This document shows, piece by piece, positions 24,640 to 38,130 of a DNA stretch of 64,000 nt. The notes under the pieces are model-generated. The model ran no database searches and was not told the DNA's origin. It was given only the letters and a program-made list of their open reading frames with translations. Positions within the stretch are counted from its first letter, which is position 1. Each line of letters opens with the position of its first letter. This stretch comes from Malacoraja senta (Eukaryota), in NCBI GenBank assembly GCA_038087875.1, contig CM075988.1, forward strand, positions 27,716,001-27,780,000, in the 5' to 3' direction. Both the position numbers and the translations under genes were made by a program.

Positions 24640-25130
24640 GCTTTGCAGTTGCCTGTCACTTTAATTCTCGCCCCCCCCCCCCCAACCATCCCCCAGCATT
24701 ACACGTAGCCTCTGCCTTTGGTTTCATACGTTGCTTCAATTGTGCCCAAGTGGATGTGAAGAACAGCACCTCAGCTTCCATTTGGGTATCTTGCAACCTT
24801 CAAGATTTAATGCTGAATGTAAGAATTTCAGGTCTCTAGGTTTTTTTCCTTGAGATACAGCCATTCCTTTCTGTTTCATTTTATCTCCCAGATCTGCGCT
24901 TCTTAAAACATATAGTCTGGTCCGTAGTACATAGATTATTTCTGTTCTTTCCACATGCCCCACTTCTCTGCAGCTTATAACATACTTATTTACTTGTTTT
25001 TCCAGTTCTGAAAGAAGCTGCTTAACCTCAAACATTGACTATGTTTGTCTCCCTATGGAAGCTGCTTGACATGCTGAGTGCTTCCAACATTTTCTGCTTT
25101 GTTTTAGATTTCTAACATCAACAGTTCTTT
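24640..25130 (+). mobile_element. Decayed Penelope 3' fragment
   Basis: cagttgcctgtcactttaattc...gaagaacagcacctc...ttgggta (PVA.HFN / EEQHL..LG remnants) plus a decayed terminal module at about 25005-25130. Confidence 0.6.
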
Positions 25131-27224
25131 GCGCCAATTATATTTGGGTAGTCCACTTTCCCTCCCATCAAAGAGAATGCATAGTTTATCACAGAATAGT
25201 GCAGTTTTAGAATAGAACATCATTGCTTATACTGTTCAGTTAAGGAAATAAAATGGAAATAAGCATAATCGGTCATCCAACCATTCCAGCTGCAAACCAT
25301 GAACAATCTATTTGAAACTCAAGGAATTAAGCACAGATTTTGGCCTTTATTGTTGATTGACTGAGTGAAAGGAGATTAACTTTTGAAGGTGGTTACTGTA
25401 TTCCTATTTCAACAGAATCTGGATGGGCCAAATGGCCTAATTCTACTCCTATCACTTATGACCTTGTCCCTGCTATACTATTCAGTAAGATTCTACCTGA
25501 TCTTTTCTTCAGTTTCACTTTGCTGCATTAAACCCATATCTTTTGATCTAAAAATATAAAATCTATAGGTTGCCATGCCTTTTTTGTGGACAGATTGGTG
25601 CCAGTACACATCAATTAAAAATGGAGTTACATTTATCAATAATATTTTACCATCAGTTTTCCCTCCTTCTGTTTTGACGATCAATTTCTAATTTAATAAA
25701 CTAACAAATAAAAAGTGCAAAACCGAGTTAAAATTCTAAAAATTTAATCTAGATGTTAACTTTTAGAGGTGCCGTACCATCATACAAATAGCACTGGTTA
25801 TATGTAAACAATTCCCATATTGATCTGCGGAAGCAATGCCGAGATCTTGGTTGCAGTGGTCTTGCTATGGAGCAGTCTTCACCATCTGCTTCATTTTTGT
25901 CACCTCGCTTGATGGTTGTTAAGTCCAACAAACACTGAGCTAAGGTTAATATTTTATACTTGTTGATGTGTAACTGCACTATTTTAGTGGCAATGGGGTA
26001 GGTTCTTCCTCAGCTGGATGGAAGTTATCAAAATGTGTCATGGTGCTCTTAAGGCATATATCAAGCCAATTTTTTTCAGTGATAGTGGGTAATTAAAAGA
26101 TTTCCTCAAAAGGTAATAGTGACGACTGGCCTATTGATTATTGGCAATGAGGATTTTGTGAAGAGATATCTATTTTATTGCTTTTGTTCTTTGCCTTGGA
26201 AAGACCTTCAGTAATATTTTTGACAATCCTAGATTTAAGCTTGGTGCGTTAGTGTCAATTTCCATTAAACCAGATTTTTGAAGGAGTAGAGTTGCCACAT
26301 TGAGCCTGTTGTTGCTTGAACAAGTTGGAATGAGGAGTAGAGTGGTATCAATGAGTTACAAAAGATGATTATTAAATCTGTTTATCCGATTTAGGAAAAT
26401 ATTGAATTTTGACATGGGGAGCAAATAATGGCAGTTAAAATGAAAGATAACATTCCTATCTGTTATATTATCGTGCGGAGATTTGCTGTCTTTCAACATC
26501 AATTGCCAATAATACGATACATTTATACAATTTTGTTTTTCTTTTGGGATTTAGATAACTACACAAGTTGTACTTTCAGTCAAGGATATGATCAGTCAAA
26601 ACTACAATGTAAAATTGTTTGTATTTTTAGTTACATATTGTGACATATAATTGTCTATGTAGCTATATAATTGGTTTGTAACCCATTGAAATCCTCCGGA
26701 GTGCAAATTGGACCAATAAATTTGAAAACTAATTTTGTGGCAAGAAATATGTTCTCACCATTCTGTCAGCTGTTAAATGCTTTAAAATAAAGAGGAATAA
26801 CAGATGCTGAGTGTGATTAAATATTGAAATATAATTTTGATTTTGAGGGGATTTGCATTTATTTTGCACATCTTGGAACTTGCCAAAGCACAACATCACC
26901 AATTAATGAAGACAATTGTCACCGCTTGTTTTCACGAAAAGGCCTCTTGAGCAGCAATGAGACCAACCAATTTTAGTGGTGCTTGAGTCTTCTTAAATTG
27001 TGCCCATATAATTGAATTGAATGTTGTAAATATAAAAAACAATCTTGTTATTGAGAGCTGTGGGGAATTTGTACAGAAGAGATGAGTTGATCAGCTATAA
27101 TTATATTGATTGATGGGAAATGCTTGAGGGGCTGAGTTACTCTCCTACGTTCCTATTTTAGATTGTTCATCGGTTAGATTTTATTTTTCCATATTAATTC
27201 AAATTTATCAAGATTTATATTTAT

Positions 27225-27530
27225 GTTTAGTTTGAATATACAATGAGGAAACAGACCCTACGGCCCAATGGGACCGCGCCGAGCAGCGATCCCCGTACAC
27301 TTGCACTATCCTACACTCTAGGGACAATATACAATTTTTATCAAAGCCAATTAACCTACAAAACTGTTTGTCTTTGGAATGTGGGAGGAAACTGGAGCAA
27401 CCGGGGCAAACCCATGCAGTCACGGGGTGAACGTACAAATTCCATACAGACAGCACCTGTAGTCAGGATCGAACCCGGGTCTCTGGCACTATAATGCAGC
27501 AACTCTACCTCTGCGCCACCGTGTTGCCCT
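27225..27530 (-). mobile_element. HE1-like V-SINE, full length
   Basis: Minus strand reads gggcaacacggtggcgcagaggtagagttgc...cccgggttcgatcctgac, followed by the V-domain. Confidence 0.9.
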
Positions 27531-28379
27531 TTCATGATAAATGAAGGGAGAAAACATAGTTAATGCCTAAACCAACTAACTAATCTGTTCCTCTGCTTTA
27601 TTAAAACATTGGGTCAAATTTAATGGCAATAAAAATGTTCAGTTAAGAAGAATTATGCGAGGTTAAATCAATCTCCTATCTGAATTTGGATCTTCTGTAC
27701 CATGCAGAAACTTCATATCCCAGATTGCAATGAAAAGGCTAAAGGAAGAATGTTGGAAAAGCTGAAAAATAACTGAAAAGATTTTTAAAAAGTCTAATTG
27801 TTTGTTCCCTTTTGCAAGAGAGCATTACAGTGAGGAGGTGCCTGGTAGACTCACTGTGGTGGATGTTAAACTGTGTTCATTGTGTGTTCTGTTATTTTAT
27901 TCTCTTTCATGACTGCAAGGTACGTAATTTCGTTCAAACTAAAAGTTTGAATGACAATAAAGGAAACTTTATACTTCATACTTTATCTATCTATATTACT
28001 AAAAGTCTGATCTTGACCACTTCCTGTTCTGTATATTGATTTTAGAAAAAACGCTGCCACTTACAGCTGTGATTTTGGGCCATCTTACTCAGGGTCCCCA
28101 TCCGCTGCGCAGGACAAGAGGATTTTTCCCATCGATGAAAAATAAAAGAGTTAGTAGTGTTTAAAAAATGTTGAGATTCTCTCTCCTGAAGGCCACGCCC
28201 CTTCCGGAATGACTATAAAACCCGGACGTGTTGAGTGCCTCAGTCAGTCTCTGCAAATGGGGGAGCGAGAGGGTCACGTCTCTCAGTCTGAGCTGTGAAT
28301 AACACTGAACACATGTCTACTAAACTGTGAGTGGTTTTACTGACCTGTCAGTGCCCTTAATGTGGTTTGAAAATATAGC

Positions 28380-28677
28380 TTGGAAATGCTAAAGCTGTGT
28401 TGCCTTTGGTTTGGAAATGATATGCTGTGTTGCCTTTGGTTTAGAAATGCTAAAGCTGTGTTGCCTTTGGTTTGGAAATGCTAAAGCTGTGTTGCCTTTG
28501 GTTTGGAAATGCTAAAGCTGTGTTGCCTTTGGTTTGGAAATGCTAAAGCTGTGTTGCCTTTGGTTTGGAAATGCTAAAGCTGTTTAGCCTTTGGTTTGGA
28601 AATGCTAAAGCTGTGTTGCCTAATTAAAGTTGCCTTGCCTAATTAAAGTTGCCTTGCCAAATTAAAGTTGCCTTGCC
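28380..28677. repeat. Minisatellites: about 8 x 31 bp then 3 x 19 bp
   Basis: Units tttggaaatgctaaagctgtgttgcctttgg and taattaaagttgccttgcc. Confidence 0.95.
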
Positions 28678-29244
28678 TTCTATATAATTAAAAGTCTAAT
28701 CTTGACCACTTCCTGTTTCCCATCGATGAAAAATAAAAGAGTTATTAGTGTTTAAAAAAGGTTGAGATTCTCTCTCCTGTCAATCACGCCATGAAGGCCA
28801 CGCCCCTTCCGGTGGGAGGGGGAGGGACTATAAAACCCAGAAGTGTGGGCGTGGCTCAGTCTCTGCAAGATGAAGAAGGGAGAGGTCACGACTTGCTGTC
28901 TTTAGTGGCCTTGCACCCTGCTTGAAATATACGTGTGTGTATATATATATAATAAAAGTCTAATCTTGACCACTTCCTGTTTCCCATCGATGAAAAATAA
29001 AAGAGTTATTAGTGTTTAAAAAAGGTTGAGATTCTCTCTCCTGTCAATCACGCCATGAAGGCCACGCCCCTTCCGGTGGGAGGGGGAGGGACTATAACAC
29101 CCGGAAGTGTGGACGTGGCTCAGTCTGGGGAGGGAGAGGTCACGACTCTCAGCCTGAGCTGTGAATCAACTGAACACACTGAATGTCTACTGAACTGTGA
29201 GTGTGTTTTTTATGTGGTTTTTATGGTGGTTTTATGGTGGTTTT

Positions 29245-29690
29245 ACCCTGCTTCAAATGGTATAAAACTGCATTTGAATTTGGTGGCCTTGCACCCTGCT
29301 TGAAGTGGTATGAAACTGTACTTGAATTTGGTGGCCTTGCACCCTGCTTGAAGTGGTATGAAACTGCATTTGAATTTGGTGGCCTTGCACCCTGCTTGAA
29401 ATGGTATGAAACTGCATGCACTTGAATTTGGTGGCCTTGCACCTTGCTTGAAATGGTGTGAAACTGCATTTGAATTTGGTGGCCTTGTACCCTGCTTGAA
29501 ATGGTATGAATCTGCACGAATTTGGTGGCCTTGCACCCTGCTTGAAATGGTACGAATCTGCATTTGAATTTGGTGGCCTTGCACCCTGCTTGAAGTGGTA
29601 GGAAACTGCACTTGAATTTGGTGGCCTTGCACCCTGCTTGAAGTGGTAGGAAACTGCACTTGAATTTGATGGCCTTGCACCCTGCTTGGA
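29245..29690. repeat. 48-bp minisatellite, about 9 copies
   Basis: Unit gaatttggtggccttgcaccctgcttgaagtggtatgaaactgcattt, with starts at 29276, 29324 and onward. Confidence 0.95.
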
Positions 29691-32559
29691 ATGGAATTTC
29701 AAGGAATAGCCGTGACTCAACTGCCAGCCGACCAGCCATGAGTGAGTGAGCTGCCAGCACACCAGGCTTGAGTGACAGATCTGCCAGCCCAAGAATCCAT
29801 TCGGTCCGCAATGTCCATACTAGCCCTCTGGAAACCAGTCCCTTCAGCCCGCAACACCCATACTAGCGCTCCAGAAAGCCCCCCCCCCCCCACTGGCCAC
29901 CAATATTGGAATTGGTGGAGAGGTGGAATATTGCGTTGGGGGACCAGCCGTCCCGTGTGATCATGGGACCCAACGGGTCCCACTTAGTCCAGTACTTTAT
30001 AAAACCTTTAAACAAAAGTATCAATTCAAGTATTTGTTTAAGAAAGAACTGCAGAAGCTGGAAAAATCAAAGACATAAAAATGCTGGAGAAACTCAGCGG
30101 GTGAGGCAGCATCTATAGAGCGAAAGAAAAGATGACATTTCGGGTCTTCATACTCAAGTATTTAGTGTGTTTTGAAGCACCATCATGCATTAAATTCATA
30201 CCAGCTCATATCAGATCCTGATAGCTCCATTGGGTATGTTGCATTGGGATATTGGAAGCATGTAATCCTAGAAAATGTTGTAGCAACCAATCTTTGGATT
30301 CCCAGTGCAGGCAGTGACACGTGAACATTTGTAATCAAAAGTACACATCGTAAGTGTTTTTCTTAATGATCCACCCATCTTAGAATCTTTTGTATTTGCA
30401 TACCCCAGACACATCTCTTCCTGCAGCAGAGCATGCACACTAAACTAATCAGGTCCCCGGACTAGAGTATTGAACTTCTTTGCTTCCATGAATATGTATT
30501 GAAGCATTAAAAAAAGTAGTAGTTACTAAGACAACGTCCTCCCCACATGCAGCTTAAACATCATGATTTTAATGTTTTGAAAAGCCAAAAACTATGTACT
30601 GATATTTGTCCACAGCCCTCACCCCTGAATCAAGTGACTTGGCATATTATCACAGTGAATAAATGTAAGCATTCATTTTCTTCTATTGTGTCTTCTTCGT
30701 CTGCAACTCAACTACTGCGTTTGAAGTTGATTTCACAAATCAGATATGTAGCTCCCATAATTGCTTTCTCTCTTTTCATTTGAATCCTCGGCACGCAATC
30801 TAAACGGTCCATCCAGAAAACAGGCGCTGTCAAAATTCCATAATTATCGATGATTTCTTGTCTTTCTGAGTAAAGAAAAATTGTCAGATTTTTGCAAAAA
30901 TGAAAGAACCATCTAAGTTCTTATCAAACCGGTTGTCATGGAAACCTTTGTGTACATGATATATATAGTCTGGGAGATTCTTCTGCCTACTTTTGTCCAT
31001 CATTTTCTCTGAAAGCTCTTATGAAGTTAGGCAGTGCATTATATTCAAGCTGAGCAACAAAACACCATCAATGAGTACTTCATGGAATACAAACTAGCAT
31101 AACTTGAATGTTTTTTGAATAACATCAAAAATATTTAACTATAGATAGAATTCTGTGGTGATTTAGAAATTATGAATTTTACTAATAACTATTCATGTCA
31201 TGCAGCAAAATTCTCATAATTCTGACAGTTCTGGATCTGGCTCACAAGGGCAGTGTTTCCCAAATTCCCCTTGATCTCACCAGGCTTGTTCAGATGCCCT
31301 TTAAACTCCCTGGTGCATATTTCCTGTGCCCTCTTTATGCTTATCAGGCCCCTTTTCCATCCACATTTTAAACTCACGAAGGCTTCATTCCCAAGCTTCC
31401 CCAAATCATCCCCTGCTTGCTTTAACCTCGCCTTCTTCAAAATTGATCCTACTATTGTGCAACGTTACAAATTTAAAAAAAAAAGTAGATTGGAGTATTA
31501 ATAGGGATAAATTCAATTATCTGGAAGATCTGCCGGTCTGGCACCAATAAAATATTGAAGGTGCTGGATTATTGGAGATTTATTGTATTTCTGTTTCAGC
31601 TGTAGCAAAGTATTCATTAAGTTTGATTCAGCATCTTTATTATAGGCTAAAGCTGAGTGCCCAATAAGATTCAGGTGATTAGATCTGCTTTCAGTGAAAT
31701 TCGCTTTATAAATACTCTGAATTATGGACATATAGTTAAAATGTTGTAATAACAACTTGCATTTACATTGGAGAGACAAGGAACTACAGATGCCAGAATC
31801 TTAAGCAAAACATAGTGCTCAGTGGGTCAGGCAGCATCTGTGGAGAGAATGGTCAGGCAACATTTCGGGTGGTGACTTTTTTTTCAGACAGTTTCGGCAC
31901 TCTCTCTTTTGCATTAAAATTTCTTCTTTAATGTAGAATAATGTCCAAAGGTGTGTCACATAGTTCACCCAAGTGTATAATTTCTGTGAACAAATAAACA
32001 GCTTGATATGAAATTTGGTTGTCCATCAGCATTATGGGAGTTTAATGAGAAATCCAAAAATATTAGGAAAAGTTAATGTGGACTTTTGTTAAATTCATGT
32101 CTTTTTGAGATAATAAGCAAGTTACTTCACACATTTATTATCTGCACCTTCTGTATCTTATTTGGAAATGATTTACAAAGTGTTCTGCTCATGATAATTA
32201 AGAAAGTTTCATATTTCCCTACTGTGTGGTCATTGATTTCGTTCTTTGGTTCAAGGGAATCAATTTGTCCTGTCCTTAATTATTCACGTTGGTATTAAAA
32301 AAGGCTATCATTAGAAGTAATGAGGCATTCGTTCAACCCACGCATTTTAATATAAATATATCAAAGGGTGGTTTTCTCAGTGGAATATCCAATGTCGGAT
32401 TGAGATAAAGAATATCTCAACTTTACCACACTTGGACAAAAATGGAGAGTAGTTAATGTGGTTATTGTGCAAATTGATATGAAATAAAATAGCTGGCAAC
32501 TTGTTAATCAAGGCCTCCTTTTGCTCGCATCCACTTCACTGGAGGTCAAATGCAGACTG

Positions 32560-32830
32560 TTTCATTATTATATTAAAATGATACAAGATCACAGTTAAAC
32601 ACTTTTTATATGACCTTTTGGTATTTATACTGAGCCATTACATTGCCAGAGGCCACCAATAAAAACAATTGTCCTTCAATGCTTGGCAGTCGGCAGTTCA
32701 CCGAAGTGAATTAGGTGCAAGGGAAAGGGCAACTCGTGAGTTTCTATGGCCATTTTTTATTCTTTCATTTATTTATTTTTGTGTAATCAGGTTCTCATGG
32801 ACTTTATGGCATTTATCAAATTTTAATGGG
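32560..32830. promoter_or_regulatory. Candidate conserved non-coding enhancer element
   Basis: Non-repetitive, non-coding, with clustered posterior-Hox/Cdx-type motifs (CCAATAAAA 32656-32664, TTTATGGC 32803-32810, TTTTATATGAC) and an AACAAT. Conservation not tested. Confidence 0.4.
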
Positions 32831-34789
32831 AATCATTTTTATTAGGCAGTCCCTTGGAATCAAGGGTAACTTGCTTCTCAAAGTACATATTTTGCTTGGG
32901 CAGCTTTCAACCCAGTGGTATGAACGTTGATTTCTCCAATTTCAAATAACCCCTACATTCCCTCTGACTAATTCCACTGATCGCATCCATGTATCCCTTT
33001 GTTATCACCTATTCGCTGACAATGGGTACTATGGGCTCCACCATTCCTTGGTCATCTGTTGCTGGCCCTGATCTTTTCCTACCTCCAGTTCCCACCCACT
33101 CCCCACCTTCAGTCCGAAGAAGGATTCCGTGTCACCCATCCTTTTTCTCCATAAATGCTGCTTGACCCATGCGTTAGTCCAGCACTGTGTATATCTTCAT
33201 GGGAATATTGCTTGGACTGGAGGGCTTGAGCAAGATAAAGTAATTAGATAGGCTAGAGCTGTTTTCTCTGGAGAGAAGGAGTCCGAAGGGTGATCTCATA
33301 GAGGTATATATAATTGAGGGGCAGAGATAGAGTAGTAATAGGTATTAGTGCAGCTAGCCTTGCAGTTAAAGACACAATACAAATCTCTGCCTCATGACAG
33401 AGAAGGTAGAAGTGTGAAAGTAAATGGGTGTTAAGCAGAAGAGGCAAAATAACAATAGGGGAATTTATTGCTGATTCTTAACATAGCGGGTAACTTCTTT
33501 GTTTTATGTTGCCACGCTCATATCATGAGGCTGAGGAGGTAACTCCAAGCTACCTTTTAATAGGCTGTTTTAATTGTAGTTTTCCTTTACCTGTAAAACA
33601 ATTAATAGCGGAATGAAATAATGGATATAAAATATTAGCAGTTTTTGTCATTGAAGGATTTAAAACAACCCTTTTGCAGACATTAACATAAAGCCCAAGA
33701 AAAGGGAAGCAATAGTATAAGAGAAGTAAATGAAAAGGAACCAATTCAAATTGTACCTTTACCACTGATCTTGCAAATATTATGTCATCACAAATTTGAG
33801 GGGAAGCTGCAATGTCCAATGAATACACCAAGTTGATGTTAAATCTGTCGCATTTCCAACCCTTGCATGCTGAATTAATGCACCATTAAACTCTTGCCAT
33901 CCCATAGATGAGAGCTCAAAAGCTAGTGAATAAAAATCTTAGCCCGACAATAGTAAAGGAAACGGTGAGAAACATTAAAGTAAAGGTGAGAAATGCATGT
34001 TTCCAGCAACCACCAGTTCCATAACTTCTCTTCTTAGCAAAGGTACTGTTAGTTTCAACCGCAGTAGGTCAACCCACAACAGATCTGAACATCCTATACA
34101 GAAATAAAATTTGGTGGGCAGTCCCAAGTGCAAATTTGGAAAATAAATTCTGATATTCTACCACATTGTGGTCAGTTGCCCTTTCCACTCCTCTTCTCCT
34201 TTCCATTAGGTTGGAACTGGCATTTAGAAAATGTGTGTTGCAGAGATGTAGAAATGCAACATGGAATTTTTCAATTAAACAATCTAGCAGCAAATATTTT
34301 ACAAAAATTTTAAACTTTTCCCACAGTGAACGCATGTGACCTGTGGAAAGTCTTTTAACGAGTAATTTACCCTCATTGGAAAAGTGAACTGAGGTACCAT
34401 TTGAATTAGTTCCTTTTCATTCACTTCTCATAATATTTCTTCCCTTTCCTTGGTCTTTATGATGTTTTAAATCTTTCTCTGACAGAAATGGCAAATATTT
34501 TGTTTTCATTATCTTGTATAATGACTTCATTCTAGATGGGATAGGTAGGAAAGAACTTGTTGGGGCCCTGGCAGAGACATCTGCATCAACTTTATCCACG
34601 ATTGAGGTACCATAAGACTGGATGTTGGCAAATATAGTCACTTTATTTAAGAAAGAGTGCAAGGGCAAGTCAAGGACCCACTCCCCTAACCTGAACATCT
34701 GGCAGTCAAGTAGTGACCAATCTACCTCTTGAGGGAGTTCTAGATTATGCCACAACATATATTCTCATGTTGAAAGGGAGAACATTGAC

Positions 34790-35380
34790 ACATGTTCACA
34801 AGCCCCTCCACTCTGCCCCGGAACATCTGGACATAGGCTGCTGTTTGTCAACTGCAGCTTGCTGTTCAAGATTATCGTCCCCTCCAAACTCATCACCAAT
34901 TTTCAAGACCTGGGCTTCTGCGCCTTCCTTTGCATCTGGATCCTTGACTTCTTCATTCGCAGAGCTCAATCAATGTGGATCGGTGAGAACATTTCTTCCT
35001 CATTGACCATCAACCAGATTCACCTCAACTGTGTGCTTTGCCCCCTGCTCTCCTCTCTTTGCACCAGTGACTGTGTGGCTCAGCATAGCTCCAATGCCAT
35101 CTTGAAATTGGCCATCTACACCACTGTGGTCAACTAAATCAGAGATTGACCTGAGCATGATGCAATCACAAAGAACAGTGCCAGAGCCTCCATTTTCTGA
35201 ATAGTTTAATGAGATTCGGCATGATTCAGAATACTCACAGGCCTTTGTACTGTTGAAAGTTATCTGACTGCATCATGTCTTGGTATGGTAATTCCAATGC
35301 ACAGAAATGCAAGACGCTGCAGAAAATGATGGCCCAGTCCATCACGCGCACAGCCCTTTTCTCCATTGAAAGCATTTACA
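34790..35380 (+). mobile_element. Degenerate Rex1-like RT fragment
   Basis: IIVPSKLITNFQDLGFCAFLCIWILDFFIRRAQSMWIG...CVLCPLLSSLCTSDCVA parallels ORF 10-1092. Confidence 0.85.
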
Positions 35381-36693
35381 TGGAGGGATATGGCCCTAAC
35401 ACAGACAGGTGGGATGTGCAGATGGGGCATCTTGGTTGGTGTGGGTGAGTTGGCCCAAAGGGCCTGTTCCGTGCTGTATGACACTATAACTCTAAAGAAG
35501 GATGAAATTAAAAATCTCATTGCCTTGAGGAATTTACAAAGAAAGCCTACCAGCTGGATGTTATTCTAGATATTATTTTGTATATCGTGAATTGTTTTTA
35601 TTTAGTTCTAACTATTCAAAAACAGCATCATAAGAACAAGAGAAATGCTAGCAGGAATTAATCTTTGGGCCACACGTGCTTATTCCATAATTAAACAAGG
35701 TCTTTCCTCTTCTCCCACAGCACCACTTTCTTATACTAATTCTAAAAGGGGTAGGTCTTTCATGATCTTGGAGAAGGCATTTCTTCATTTGGGGCATAGT
35801 GAATCTTTGAAATCCCATTAGGAATGTGAAGACACATTTACTGAGTATATTTAAGATCAATAGATATTAGATTATTGAGAAATCTCAATATTGAGGAATA
35901 ATAATATCTTCAATTGAGGAATATTGCTTGATTTTATCAATACACTAATATCTGTTGTGTCTTTACAAGCTTTATCAATACACTAATATCTTGAATGTGT
36001 CTTTACAAGCTTATTGGGATCAAAGAACTATTAGCCTCTAAACAAAGACATTTCTTCTCGGTTCTAAAAGACCCTATCATTTTATTTGAGGCTGAACTCT
36101 GTATCCACCCCGTCAAGTCCATTAGAATGTCGGGTGTTTCAATGAAATTCATCTTCTACTTCATTAGACAGTGTAGAGCCGATCTGTATAGTCTCATCAC
36201 ATATTTCCTTTTAATATTCATCGTGATTGTGGTATTAGTTGTCAGATTAGATGATACAAAACATATTTTGTTGTTAATTTAGACAAATTAACCTCAGTTA
36301 AAGTTTCTTGCAAAAAACATTCATCACTGGCTGGAAATATTTTTGATCAGTTCTGATTTGAAGATGTATTATTTTAGAATCTTAATGAGATACAACATGG
36401 AATAAGCAATCATATTTAATGAGCAATTGGTACACTTGCTTGTAACTTTTGTAAACCTCTAGGAGGCACTATGGGTTAGCATTTTTTACTGTGGTTCAGT
36501 AAAGATTCATTATTTAGAACTATAATGATTCATGGTAACCAACTGACTTAAGGTGATAGTTCATGACACTTGGTCCGATGTGCCATCTGCATCTCACTGT
36601 CATCCCTCATACAGGAATGCAATGAAACGAAGACGGGAGGAGGAATTGCTGTGTTAATCATGGTTGAGTAATGTTTAGTGTGTAGCACTGTGG

Positions 36694-36694
<1 letters not shown>

Positions 36695-36747
<53 letters not shown>
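36695..36747. repeat. (TA)n microsatellite
   Basis: Perfect TA run of about 26 units. Confidence 0.98.
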
Positions 36748-36749
<2 letters not shown>

Positions 36750-37799
36750 CAGTATCATTTTAGAATTGGTTCATACATTTTTGTGCACATGATACAGTAT
36801 TCCAATATGAACTTGAAATTGGATTCCACTGCATTCTCAGGTAGGAACATTTAAGGAAAAAGGTGCAAATATGTCTTCAACATCAATTTCTATAATCTGG
36901 AATGTATTATGAATGTTTTGAAGTAACTTGCATTAGGCTCAGTATAATAATTCAGGAAATAATAACCGAGTACTTTTCTTTCAGTAACCTGGATACTTCG
37001 TTAATAATTCCAAATGGGAATTTATTATGCATTAAAATTACTTCACGGGTGATGCTGTGGGATACACCTATTGTTAGTTTTATTTGTAACCTAGCACGAG
37101 GGAGTTAATTTTGATTCTTCAGTGTATTGTCACTCATTATCTTGGACCTTCGTAGGTCACACTGGAATTCAGTTGATCAGATTTTCTTCACATGTAATTG
37201 AGCTCTTGCACTGCTGAGTATCCCTTGTTAAAATTAAAATTGTAAAAACATGAAACCTGAAAAAATATGTGAATTCTGTAAATTTGACCCTGTCAAGAAA
37301 TAAAAGTATGTATTTTCAGTTGGAAGGCTTAATCAACCTCTTGATAACAAAAAATATATTAGTGTAATTTTTTGTATTGAGATTGTCAAAGGAAGGAAAA
37401 ATTACCTTTAGCTTCAAGGTCTTGCTCATTTTATTTTAATGTATTCCATACCTTGTATTCATCTGTGAAATCTAACTAGAATATTAGAAAATCCAAGTAA
37501 ACATGGGTTTAAAAAAATATGGAAGTGAATACAAACAGTATTATTTTAGTTATGGAAGTATTGATTCCTTATATTAAAGACTCATTCTTGCTGGAGTGTG
37601 AGCTGCTCCCTCCTTATACTCGCCTTTTGAACCTTCTGTTCCACTGACTTCAAAGGAACTAACTAAGAAGCGAGTACAAACATAATACTGATATTCTCAA
37701 ACATAGTGGTAGCAACCAAGGGAAAGTTTTAACTCTATTTCTAACTAAAGGTGAATAGTGCAATTCTAGAGAAAGGAAAATATATCTGCTACCTTTTAA

Positions 37800-38130
37800 T
37801 ATGAGAGGAATACAGCACAGAAACAAGCCCCGCAAAACAGTGAGTCTGTGCCAACCATCAAGCACCCATTTATTCTCATTTTAAACTAATCCTATTTTAT
37901 TTTTTTACATTCCTCTAAACTTCTTCCAGATTCTACTATTCACCTATGCTTTTGGGGCAATATACAATGGCCAGTTAATCAACCAACTCGCATATCTTTG
38001 GGATAAGGCAGGAAACCCGAGGTTACGGGGAAAACATGAAAACTGCACAGACAGCATCTAATCTCAGGATTGAGATCAGGTTGCTGGAGCTGTGAGGCAG
38101 CAGTTCGACTTACTGCACCTCTGTGCCACG
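37800..38130 (-). mobile_element. Old V-SINE copy
   Basis: tctttgggataaggcaggaaacccg...gctggagctgtgaggcagcag...ctgtgccac, a decayed version of 27225-27530. Confidence 0.65.

Larger units (their letters stand above)
27986..29992 (+). mobile_element. Non-autonomous Helitron with repeated 5' ends and internal minisatellites
   Basis: A|TCTATCTATATTACTAAAAG start. Perfect 3' hairpin TGGGACCC-aac-GGGTCCCA (29964-29982), then CCAG|T (variant of the CTRR end). Inserted between A and T with no TSD. Confidence 0.85.

Noticed and set aside
28380..29690. Regular 31-bp and 48-bp repeats superficially like a CRISPR array
   Set aside because: They are head-to-tail tandem units with no unique spacers and no cas genes, in a eukaryotic context. 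These are Helitron-internal minisatellites.
29201..29811. Overlapping ORFs of 74-196 aa with 16-residue repeats
   Set aside because: A by-product of the 48-bp unit, which is stop-free in several frames. No domain or splice support.
35932..36012. About 39-bp local tandem duplication (and a 23-bp one at about 50312-50357)
   Set aside because: Ordinary slippage duplications with no sign of function.
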